NCBI RefSeq assembly: GCF_046119375.1 | Contig: NW_027362761.1 | Location: forward strand, 548,328,001-548,392,000 | Length of the DNA stretch: 64,000 bases | DNA from: Phyllobates terribilis | Lineage: Eukaryota | Direction: 5' to 3' | Part shown: positions 38,491 to 49,818 of the stretch, in pieces | Layout: each line of letters opens with the position of its first letter | Position numbering within the stretch: the stretch's first letter is position 1 | Notes under the pieces: generated by a model | Told to the model about the DNA's origin: nothing | Database searches by the model: none | What the model saw: only the letters and a program-made list of their open reading frames with translations | Program-made: the position numbers and the translations under genes

Positions 38491-39865
38491 CCAAACTTTT
38501 CGATCAACCTTTTCATTTTAATAAAGACCAAAAAAATGGTCATTTTTGAAATTATAAGCATTAGCAGGTTGTTAGAAACTGAAATCAAACAGTTTTCAAC
38601 TCAAAACTTTATTCTAGGTGATGTTACATTTTCACATAGGACCGCTTGTTCGAAAGGAGCTTCTGAACTCTCTCGTCCATTGAATTTGTCAGGTTTTGGA
38701 TGGTTTCTGCTTCAATTGTTTTGCATGAGGACAGAATACCCTCCCAGAGCTGTTGCTTAGATGTGAACTGCCTCCCGCCATCATAGACACTCCTTTTAAT
38801 GATGCTCCAAAGGTTCTGAATGGGGTAGAGGTCAGGGGAGCATGGGGGTCACACCATAATTTTGTCCCCTTTTATGCCCATATCAGCCAGAGATGCAGAT
38901 GTTTTATGTGCAGCATGAGATGGTGCATTATCATGCAGAAAAATGATCTTGCTGTGAAATACATGGTTCTTCTTCTTGAACCATGGCAGGAAGTGCTGTT
39001 TGAGAAAATCCACATACATTATGGAGTTCATCTTTAGCGCCTTCAGGGATCCTAAAGGGGCCGACAATCTCTCTCCCCATGATTCCAGCCCAAAACATTA
39101 CTCCACCTCCTCCTTGTTGGCGCTGTAGCCGTGTTTGCGTGGGGTGTCCATCAACCAGCCATCCTCCACTCCATCCATCTGGACCATCGAGCGCTGCACG
39201 GCACTCATCCGTGAACAAAACAGTTTTGAAATCAGTCTTCATGTAATGTTTGGCCCACTGGAGCCGTTTCTGCTTGTGTGAAGTGGATAGAGGAGGTCGA
39301 CAGGATGGCATATGCACAGCTGCAAACCTCTGAAGGACCCTGCATCTTGTTGTTCGGGGGACGTTGGAGGCACAAGCAGCTTCAAAAACTTGTCTGCTGC
39401 TATGACAAGGCTTTTTTGCCGCTGCTCTTTCAACCTGACGTAATTGCCTGTAGGAAAGAGTCCTCAATTTGCCCTTATCAGCACGCACACGTGTGTACTG
39501 TGAATCAGCTACATACTTGTTGATTGCCTAGACACTTCATCCTGATCATCGCACAATGTTGATTGTAGTCATGCCTTGACCTAAACACTCCACAATTTGT
39601 TGCTTCTCAGCAGCCGACACATCCTTTTTCTTTCCCATTTTGGCAGAAAATGTAGGCTGCTTAATAATGTGAGACAGCCTTCTTAAGTAGTCTTGCCTTT
39701 CATTGGACACATCTGCCAAACTAATTAGCACAGGTGTCTGCAATTGCTTACAGTGATATAAAGAGCCCTGACACACATCACCATCAATGAGTTTAACTGA
39801 CAAACAAACAAATTCTTCCCTTATCACTCCTAAACACTTTTTGCATAATAATTTGGAACACAGTG
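38491..39865 (-). mobile_element. Tc1/mariner remnant carried inside family B copy 1
   Basis: TA followed by TIR cactgtgttccaaattattatgc at the 39865 end. MGKKKDVS..., VLFTDEC, FLHDNAPSH motifs. Other end truncated. Confidence 0.9.
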
Positions 39866-39949
39866 TACATGTGCTTTTCCACAAAACACCAGTGGTTCAC
39901 GTAGTGAATCTTACAGTTCTAACTTGCCAACCGTGGTCTGTATGGAGTT

Positions 39950-41765
39950 GTTCAATAAAGGGCCCAAAATTAAGATAACATAGATGGGAGAGGTCTCTAT
40001 GAATAGGAATTCCTAAGTATTTGATACCCTGTGAGGGCCAGGCAAAGGGAAAGTTGGACTGGATGGAATCCTATATGGATTTGGTGAGGGAGACATCGAG
40101 GTCCTCAGACTTCGATGCATTGATTTTAAAATTTGACCATGTAACAAAGTGATCTATTTCAGCCATAACAGCATGGATGGATATATGTGATTGAGTGATA
40201 TATACTAGGACATCATCAGCAAATAGAGAGCACTTGTACTCGGTGCCTCCCACCTCAATCCACCTAATATTGAGGTTATGGCGAATTGATGAGAGCAGGT
40301 GCTCCGTCACTAGGATGTATAAGAGAGGGGACAGAGAACATCCCTGCCTTGTCCCATTGGTGATTGTGAAAGGTGATGAAAATGTTCTGACGCGCCCCCT
40401 GGACCTTGGGACATCCGGAGCCGGACACTTTTTGGTGGATGCTGGTGGTTGTAGTCTCCGTGGCGGCAACCCGGTTCCGTGGCTCAGGGCGGTCAAACCA
40501 GTGGCGGAACTATTTATGTGGTTTTGATGTTTAAATGTCCGACTACGCCACCCGTGGATTGCGGTCAGAATGAACCGCCACTCCTGGGCAGACCGCTGAG
40601 GCTGGTGTTGTGGGTGCAGCAGAGCGTAGCATAAATCCCCACGGGAGGAGTATAGCCTCAGGGCAGTGTATGCGGAGGATGGGGGTGATGGTGCAGGGCA
40701 GCAGCAGTAATGACATGGAGTCAGTGATGCAGTCCAGGGCCTTTACTCACAGTTATTATTATCCAGACCACGTCTGCAGGTAACGGCTGCCCACGTCGTA
40801 CTGTGCTCACCAGGTGAGGGGCTCAGACAACTCCCAGATAACTTTGGAGTGCTTCACAGGACCCCCTTTGTGTGTCCTTTGTCTGGCCTTTCTTACCAAC
40901 CCTTCTGTCCGGCTGCCTCGGGCCTCCTCTTGGTAAATTTGGCGCCAGTTTCCCTGACCCTATGTGGTGCCTTCCTAGCGGGTGTAGCGAGGGGCTGCGC
41001 CACATAAAATGTCACAGCCTCCTGTTTCTAGCTGAGGGTCGTTTCCTGCCTCCACTAGTTTCGGGGACCGGTCTCCCCCTTTGGCCTGACCCCTCCACGC
41101 AGGTGGATTCGGGCGTGCGGTAGCGACTCGCCCGTCCGCACCCCTGAGATCCCTTCGTTCCTCGTTCCTGGAGCCTTCTCCGCTCCTCTTCCTTCCTTCT
41201 CCCTCTTCCAGGCCTGGGCCTCTGTTACTAGGCCCGCCTCCGGAGCAGAGCGCATGCAGAGCCCCTGCTCCCTGCCACTTCTGCTCAGACTTCTCTGCAC
41301 TGAACTAAGATGGTGCCCACCTTTTATACTCCCTTCTCAATGCACCCAGGAACTGCTTCCTCCCTGCTCCTGCACTACAGGGTTCCCCTTCCTCAGTGTT
41401 CCCTCCCCCCACTCCAGCCAGGGACAGGGACTGTCGTGCCCATCTCAGGGGCATATTGGTCGCCCTGCCCCATGGCAATGTGGTGTAATGCATGCAGGTG
41501 TCGGGTCCTGATCCACACTACATCCTTACCTGAGAGTGAGATATCACACCTCTGGGTGAGGTGCAATACCTCTGTAGCAACCGAGCCCTCAGGGTGCTAC
41601 AGTTCCATTTATCTTCAGCCTAGGTGACGTATTGCGATACAGGTCCGTGATTTTGGCTATAAAAGGGTCCCCTAGACCCCTACCCCAAGCTTTTTAAGAG
41701 AATCATATATGGCGTGCCAGGAGACTCTATGGAATGCTTTCTCAGCATCCAACGAGAGTATCTAA
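39950..41765 (-). pseudogene. L1-clade reverse transcriptase fragment, split by solo LTR
   Basis: LSLDAEKAFHRVSW (41765-41700), RLKINGT|[15 protein letters not shown]...LFADDVL...KYLGI once the LTR is removed. Confidence 0.88.
40388..41601 (-). mobile_element. 1,214-bp solo LTR
   Basis: Minus strand TGTAGC...GCGTCA with 4-bp TSD GAAC. TATAAAA about 275 nt from its 5' end. Confidence 0.85.
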
Positions 41766-41871
41766 TTACAAATTTTTAACTGCATCTAGCCCAGGAAATA
41801 CTTTGTGCCTAGTAGCAGGGTCTGCTAGTCAGCGGATTATCCCGGCTGTTAAGCAAGCTACACCACCTGTA

Positions 41872-42137
41872 GTTTGGACACTTCATTTTTTCAAAGGAAA
41901 TGCTTCGGGACCACGGGATACTCAGTGAAGAGCATCAGGAGGCACCCCAAGGCATAGGGGCTCGGACTGGCAGCAGGATGCCTTGCGGTGGACAGCCGAG
42001 CTCGATCCTTATAAAAGCTTTTTAACTGCAGCAGCTTTAGTGGACGCTACTGGAGCTGGAATTACGCGGCTGCTGGCATGAGACTTGCCCTCCAATAGAT
42101 CCTTGTAAATGGATTTAAAGTGTATTTATTCAAATTA
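41872..42137 (-). pseudogene. 18S rRNA: 18S rRNA gene fragment (about 265 bp) inside family B copy 1
   Basis: Reverse complement gagggcaagtctcatgccagcagccgcgtaattccagctcc...gctgcagttaaaaagct...gatgctctt...cccgaagcatttcctttgaaaaaa matches vertebrate 18S as I recall it. Confidence 0.9.
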
Positions 42138-42631
42138 GAGAGACAATTTAAATTAAAAAGCTTAGAGCTGCCTCCACCACAGGGGGGCTCGCTCGACCCA
42201 CCAGCGGACAGGCACCAGTATTGGGAGAGGGGGGCTGGCCGTCAGGGTTCACCGCGGCTCTGGCACAAACCCGGCGACACGGAGGTGGCACGGGCAGGAG
42301 CGGACTGAACGTGTCGGCTTCTCACTTTTTGGATTTTAGAAGGGCATGACATGCCTATATCTGAGTCTCCCCCTCCTTTTACTCCTCCACCTCTTTTCTT
42401 TTCGCATGACTATATGTACTTGTCACTTTTCCATGTGTTAGTTGTGTCTTCTGAGCAGTTTGTCAGCTTTTGGACACCTTTGAAGGTGTTTTCTATGTGT
42501 TTCTATGTGTTTTTGTTTGCCTGCCATTGGTTTTAACGGTGTTCGAAGGTGTTCGACGAACAGTTCGGCGAACACACGGGTGTTCGACGAACCGATCCGA
42601 ACTCGAACACTACGGGGGTGGCTCAACACTA

Positions 42632-43900
42632 ACTGTGACCCCCACGTCTCTTCCAAGGGGCATTAAAACTGTCCTGTTAAGCTACTGTGACCTCCACGTC
42701 TCTTCCACGGGGCATTGATATTGTCTTTTTATTCCACTGTAACCTCCACCACTCTTCCAAGGGGCATTAAAACCGTCTTGTTAAGCTACTGTGACCTCCA
42801 CGTCTCTTCAAAGGGGCAGTAAAACCATCTTTTTAAGCTACTGTGACCTCCAAGTCTCTTCCAAGGGGCATTAAAACCGTCTTGCTAAGCTACTGCGACC
42901 TCCACCACTCTTCCAAGGGGCATTGATATTGTCTTTTTATTCCACTGCGACCTCCACCACTCTTCCAATGGGCATTAAAACCGTCTTGTTAAGCTACTGT
43001 GACCCCCACGTCTCTTCCAAGGGGCATTAAAACTGTCCTGTTAAGCTACTGTGACCTCCACGTCTCTTCCACGGGGCATTGATATTGTCTTTTTATTCCA
43101 CTGTAACCTCCACCACTCTTCCAAGGGGCATTAAAACCGTCTTGTTAAGCTACTGTGACCTCCACGTCTCTTCCAAGGGGCAGTAAAACCGTCTTGTTAA
43201 GCTACTGTGACCTCCAAGTCTCTTCCAAGGGGCATTAAAACCGTCGTGTTAAGCTACTGTGACCTCCACGTTTCTTCCATGGGGTATTAATACTGACTTG
43301 TTAAGCTACTGTGACGTCCACTTCTCTTCCAAGGGGCATTAAAACCGTCTTGTTAAGCTACTGTGACCTCCACGTCTCTTCCAAGGGGCATAAAACCATC
43401 TTGTTAAGCTTCTGTGACCTCCACGTCTCATCCAAGGGGCATTAAAATTGTCTTGCTAAGCTACTGTGACCTCCACGTCTCTTCCAAGGGGCATTAAAAC
43501 CATCTTGTTAAGCTACTGCGACCTCCACCACTCTTCCAAGGGGCATTGATATTGTCTTTTTATTCCACTGCGACCTCCACCACTCTTCCAAGGGGCATTA
43601 AAACCGTCTTGTTAAGCTACTGTGACCTCCACATCTCTTCCAAGGGGCATTAAAACTGTCTTGTTAAACCACTCTGACCTCCACAGTTCTTTCAAGGGGC
43701 ATTGAAATGTTGTTTTTAATTAACTCTAACCTCCACGACTCTTCCAACGGGCATTGCATTTCCTCCTAAATTTAGTCAGCTTTTGCTTTTCAATGCATAG
43801 GTGAACACTAAGGGAGACCCACTCCCCAATAATGGGTAGAAGGTTTTAAGTACGCGGTAATCCACGTCTGCTTCAAGGGGCATTGCAGTTCCTCATAATT
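42632..43900. repeat. 52-bp minisatellite, right part, with a 364-bp (7-unit) higher-order duplication
   Basis: gacccccacg at 42637 and 43001. Confidence 0.92.
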
Positions 43901-44199
43901 TTTGGAAAGCCTTCCAATCACAGCTTAGTCCAACGGTGCACAGGAGACCCAGTTGCTATAAATGGAAAAAACAGATTAGTTAAGGCCCTCTGACCTCCAT
44001 GTCACTCCCAAGGGGCATTGGAATGCCGTCGAAATTTTTAGTAGGCATTGCACTCACTGTGTGAATATAACTGTGTAGCCGAATCGCTCCTTTTGGTACA
44101 GAAACATATCCTGCAAGACATGTGTGGTTGACTGGCCTGATATTGATGATAATGGTCCCTGTTCCTCCTGCTCTTTCTCCTTTGCCACCACCTCATCCA

Positions 44200-45030
44200 T
44201 CATTCATCACCTGAAGCTTTTTTAAATGGGAGTCATAGAACTGGGATAGTAGCAGGAAAACATCCAGCAATCCTCGGAGGAGGTAGGATATGCGCGAAAA
44301 TGCTGACCACCTCAGGCATAGCCGCTACTACATGCATGCGCTTGCATTCCAAGGAACAGAAAGCTAAGGAGATTGATGTCCTCGTGATCTTGAATAATTT
44401 ACTCGCTGTGTAGGAGGCCGACCACTGCTGCTGTCTACCTTCTGAACTTTGTGTTGAAGCCTGATTGACCCAGGACCCGCAATCCTCTTTGTCTGGATGA
44501 CGTGTTGCATCCCAGTGTCCAACTGTGTCCTGGCTTCCACAATATTAACCCAGTGTGAAGGCATCAGTGAGATGGACCATCCCTGTCCACATTCACTTGT
44601 CCACGTGTTTGTGGTTAGGCTGTCCTTCCCATTAAATGCACTGGGGAGGCCACAGGTAATGTTTTGGTATGCCTGCTTGTGTATAAGTTGCACCAGGACA
44701 AATAGGGGCGGCTGGGGACCGAGTATGGACACCCAGCCGCCCCCTGGCGGCTGGGGACCAAGTGTGGACACCCGGCCTGCCAACGCAGCCATGACGTGGT
44801 GGCCAGATTCCGCCTCCACATGCCTAAAAGGCCCAATTTCAAGTGCAAGGAGTATGGTATTGAAGCATGGGGGTGGGTGGGTGGCAGGCTGCATACTTGC
44901 GCTTGCATTGCAAGGAATGGGGGAGGTACAATTGAACACTGCCCTGGGACAAGAACTTGCACGGGGATAGTTGCAAGTCTGCATCTTCTGATGCGGCAAG
45001 GATCACTTCTGATGGGCACACTTTTAGGAA
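44200..45030 (-). pseudogene. Inverted degenerate hAT transposase fragment in the family A 3' region
   Basis: LALEIGPFRHVEAES...LTTNTWTSECGQGWSISL...HWVNIVEA on the minus strand. Confidence 0.85.
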
Positions 45031-45640
45031 GTGACCTTGGTGTCAGAGATGCTTCCAGGAGTCTACCCCATGCTGTTCCCATGTCTTTTCAGCACTGTAT
45101 GCATGTGTCACACAGCACATGGCCAGATAAGGTTGTAAAATGTTAAAATGACTTTTCCCGGTGAATGCATTTGTCACGGTTGAAAGCAATGCAAAAGTGC
45201 AAAAATGCATAAAAAATGCTACGTGTGAACATAGCAGAAGGTGTGGAGGAGTATTTTTGTTTTTGGTTATTTATTTTACCTTATACACAAGTCTTTACCC
45301 TGGAAAGGATGTTCCTTAGCATATTTCACAGGAAAACCGTTTCAGTTTCTTTTTTGAACGTTTTATTGTGAGCCCGTAAAAGTGGCTTAATAACTCTGAC
45401 CACATTGTTGACAGCGGTGACCTGGGCGTCAGAAATGCTTCCTGGGGCGATCCCCATGCTGTCCCCATGTCATTTGAGCATTGTCACTATCGTTTTGGGC
45501 AATTTTTAGGCTTTCTACAGACTGCCGAGGTGCCGCAGCAAAAATGCTTGGGTCTCCCTTAGACTAACATTGGGCTCGTTCTCGGGTGCTCGAAGCCTGA
45601 GCTTCGAGCACCCGAGCATTTTAGTGCTCGCTCAACACTA

Positions 45641-46510
45641 ATCCTTATGTTAGATGACAAGAGTGTCAAGGAAGTTCATTTTTTGATTGTGGTATTGTAT
45701 AGTGAATGTGAGATTGGGTATGCACTAAGTATCTGGGAAAATTGTATTAAAGTTTCCTCCGGACCCTGACATATTAGAAAAACATTGTCGATGTATCTTT
45801 TCCAAATAAGAACATGTGATTGGAAGAGGTATTTAGAGTAAACGTGATCTGCTTCAAATTGTGCCATAAAAATATTGGCATATAGGGGTGCCATATTGGC
45901 CCCCATTGCCGTTTCTGTCTTCTGAAAGTAGAATTGATCTTCAAATAAGAAGTAATTCTTTTGTAGCATTAGAGTCAACGTATCACGACAAAATTCCCGT
46001 TGCATACAAGAGAAAGAGGAAAATTTCCCCAATAAAGTCACTACAGCCCTAGTACCCAGTTGGTGATCAATATTCGTATAGAGACTGTTGACGTCCATCG
46101 TTACTAAGAGGCAATTAGATGGAATTTGCCCTAACATACGCAAGTCAGATAAGAAGTGCGAAGTATCTTTTAGGAACAATGGGATATTGCATAATAAGAG
46201 AGTTAATATTTTCTCCATAATGATAGATAGGGGATAGCTCACAGAATTAGTAGATGCGACTATCAGTCTACAGGGAGGTTTCATCAAATTCTTATGAATT
46301 TTTGGTAGTGTGTATAGGACCGGATATTGGGATGGTGATTGATAAGGAATTCACTCAATTTTTTATCTATAGTTCCATTTTTGGTGTATCCCTCTACCAA
46401 AATCTTACTATCTCATGATATTTGTGCTGTGGGGTCTCTTGGGATAGGTGTATAAGTTGATATATCTTCCAATTAAGCTCTGCTTACTTATTTAGCTATA
46501 TTGTCTTATG
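45641..46510 (-). pseudogene. Penelope-like element A, RT part
   Basis: LYTLPKIHKNLMKPPCRLIVAS, LVTMDVNSLYTNI, TAMGANMAPLYANIFM, WKRYIDNVF. Confidence 0.9.
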
Positions 46511-47546
46511 ACAGATCACTGATCGTTCAAGTGATCTGCCTCCTATTTTCCATAATGCATCTAGTAGTGTGGGGCTTGGTAAAATACAGTAAGAGGCAGT
46601 TCAGTGAAGGCACAGTGAGCTGTCATAAGAGCATACAGATGAATATGTAAGCAGAGCACCAGATAGCGCCCACCCCACAGTTCTGCCCCGAAGCACGGTC
46701 ATATCATTATCTTCAAACTCAAAGTAAAGATTAAACAAGAACCACAGAATGGATTTCATCAACTAAGGTATCATTTTAATCAGTGTAATGTCGCCCACCT
46801 GACTGCGTATGTAGTTTACTGAGCGCAATCCTGCTGATAGGTGCACTTTAAGTTTGGCCAAACCCACTGAACCTAAGCTTTTATGAGTTTGCTCATCTCT
46901 TGTCCTAATTGGACCTATTTTATGTCCTATTTTTTAATTATCTGAAGTAACTATAATTCGTTTTCTCTTACAGAGTTTATGAATCAAGTTATTTCCTAGA
47001 CCAAACACTAAAGACAAAAATTTTAAAGACTCATACACTAAAGAGTAGTGTTGAGCCACCCCCGTAGTGTTCGAGTTCGGTTCGTCGAACACCCGTGTGT
47101 TCGCCGAACTGTTCGTCGAACTGTTCGTCGAACACCTTCGAACACCGTTAAAACCAATGGCAGGCAAACAAAAACACATAGAAACACATAGAAAACACCT
47201 TCAAAGGTGTCCAAAAGCTGACAAACTGCTCAGAAGACATAACTAACACATGGAAAAGTGACAAGTACATATAGTCATGCGAAAATAAAAGAGGTGGAGG
47301 AGTAAAAGGAGGAGGAGACACAGATATAGGCATGTCATGCCCTTCTAAAATCCGAAAAGTGAGAAGCCGACACGGCCAGTCCGCTCCTGCCCGTGCCACC
47401 TCAGTGTCGCCGGGTTTGTGCCAGAGCCGCGGTGAACCCTGATGGCCAGCCCCCCTCTCCCAATACTGGTGCCTGTCCGCTGGTGGGTCGAGCGAGCCCC
47501 CCTGTGGTGGAGGCAGCTCTAAGCTTTTTAATTTAAATTGTCTCTC

Positions 47547-47811
47547 TAATTTGAATGAATACACTTTAAATCCATTTACAAGGATCTATTGGAGGGCAAG
47601 TCTCATGCCAGCAGGCGCGTAATTCCAGCTCCAGTAGCGTCCACTAAAGCTGCTGCAGTTAAAAAGCTTTTATAAGGATCGAGCTCGGCTGTCCACCGCA
47701 AGGCATCCTACTGCCAGTCCCAGCCCCTATGCCTTGGGGTGCCTCCTGATGCTCTTCACTGAGTATCCCATGGTCCCGAAGCATTTCCTTTGAAAAAATT
47801 AAGTGTCTAAA
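47547..47811 (+). pseudogene. 18S rRNA: 18S rRNA gene fragment in copy 2
   Basis: Same segment as 41872-42137. Confidence 0.9.
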
Positions 47812-48082
47812 CTACAGGTGGTGTAGCTTGCTTAACAGCCGGGATAATCCGCTGACTAGCAGACACTGCTACTAGGCACAAAGTATTTCCTGGGCTAGAT
47901 GCAGTTAAAAATTTGTAATTAGATACTCTCGTTGGATGCTGAGAAAGCATTCCATAGAGTCTCCTGGCACGCCATATATGATTCTCTTAAAAAGCTTGGG
48001 GTAGGGGTCTAGGGGACCCTTTTATAGCCAAAATAACGGCCCTGTGTCACAATATGTCACCTAGGCTGAAGATAAATGGAAC

Positions 48083-49296
48083 TGTAGCACCCTGAGGGCT
48101 TGGTTGCTACAGAGGTATTGCACCTCACCCAGAGGTGTGATATCTCACTCTCAGGTAAGGATGGAGTGTGGATCAGGACCAGACACCTGCATGCATTACA
48201 CCACATTGCCGTGGGGCAGGGCGACCAATATGCCTCTGAGATGGGCACGACAGTCCCTCTCCCTGGCTGGAGTGGGGGGAGGGAACACTGAGGAAGGGGA
48301 ACCCTGTAGTGCAGGAGCAGGGAGGAAGCAGTTCCTGGGTGCATTGAGAAGGGAGTATAAAAGGTGGGCACCATCTTAGTTCAGTGCAGAGAAGTCTGAG
48401 CAGAAGTGGCAGGGAGCAGGGGCTCTGCATGAGCTCTGCTCCGGAGGCGGGCCTAGTAACAGAGGCCCAGGCCTGGAAGAGGGAGAAGGAAGGAAGAGGA
48501 GCGGAGAAGGCTCCAGGAACGAGGAATGAAGGGATCCCAGGGGTGCGGACGGGCGAGTCGCCACCGCACGCCCGAATCCACCTGCGTGGAGGGGTCAGGC
48601 CAAAGGGGGAGACCGGTCCCCGAAACTAGTGGAGGCAGGAAACGACCCTCAGCTAGAAACCGGAGGCTGTGACATTTTATGTGGCGCAGCCCCTCGCTAC
48701 ACCCGCTAGGAAGGCACCACATAGAGTCAGGGAAACTGGCGCCAAGTTTACCAAGAGGAGGCCCGAGGCAGCCGGACAGAATTGTTGGTAAGAAAGGCCA
48801 GACAAAGGACACACAAAGGGGGTCCTGTGAAGCGCTCCAAAGTTATCTGGGAGTTGTCTGAGCCCCTCACCTGGTGAGCACAGTACGACGTGGGCAGCCG
48901 TTACCTGCAGACGTGGTCTGGATAATAAGAACTGTGAGTAAAGGCCCTGGACTGCATCACTGACTCCGTGTCATTACTGCTGCTGCCCTGCACCATCACC
49001 CCCATCCTCCGCATACACTGCCCTGAGGCTATACTCCTCCCGTGGGGAGTTATGCTACGCTCTGCTGCACCCACAACACCAGCCTCAGAGGTCTGCCCTG
49101 CAGCGGCGGTTCACTCTGACCGCAATCCACGGGTGGCGTAGTCGGACATTTAAACATCAAAACCACATAAATAGTTCCGCCACTGGTTTGACCACCCTGA
49201 GCCACGGAACTGGGTCGCCGCCACGAAGACTACAACCACCAGCATCCACCAAAAAGGGTCCGGCTCCGGGTGTCCCAAGGCCCAGGGGGTGCATCA
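48083..49296 (+). mobile_element. Solo LTR in copy 2 (within L1 RT fragment 47921-49730)
   Basis: GAAC-TGTAGC...GCATCA-GAAC. Confidence 0.85.
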
Positions 49297-49818
49297 GAAC
49301 ATTTTCATCACCTTTCACAATCACCAATGGGACAAGGCAGGGATGTCCTCTGTCCCCTCTCTTATACATCCTAGTGACGGAGCATCTGCTCTCATCAATT
49401 CGCCATAACCCCAATATTAGGTGGATTTAGGTGGGAGGCACCGAGTACAAGTGCTCTCTATTTGCTGATGATGTCCTAGTATATATCACTCAATCACATA
49501 TATCCATCCATGCTGTTATGGCTGAAATAGATCACTTTGTTACATGGTCAAATTTTAAAATCAATGCAGCGAAGTCTGAGGCCCTTGATGTCTCCCTCCC
49601 CAAATCCATATAGGATTCCATCCAGTCCAACTTTCCCTTTGCCTGGCCCTCACAGGGTATCAAATACTTAGGAATTCCTATTCATAGAGACCTCTCCCAT
49701 CTATGTTATCTTAATTTTGGGCCCTTTATTGAACAACTCCATACAGACCACGGTTGGCAAGTTAGAACTGTAAGATTCACTACGTGAACCACTGGTGTTT
49801 TGTGGAAAAGCACATGTA

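Larger units (their letters stand above)
32084..42631 (+). mobile_element. hAT family B composite element, copy 1 (10,548 bp)
   Basis: TAGAGATGAGCG...GGCTCAACACTA with TSD ACTGTGAC (32076-32083, 42632-42639). Confidence 0.97.
23484..45640 (+). mobile_element. hAT family A full-length element (11.6 kb without the nested family B copy)
   Basis: TIRs TAGTGTTGCGCGAGCA / TGCTCGCTCAACACTA. TSD ATCCTTAT (23476-23483, 45641-45648). Confidence 0.96.

Noticed and set aside
41872-42137. Functional rDNA locus or contaminant rRNA gene
   Set aside because: Only about 265 bp, mutated in universal positions, and embedded in TE sequence with no flanking rDNA.
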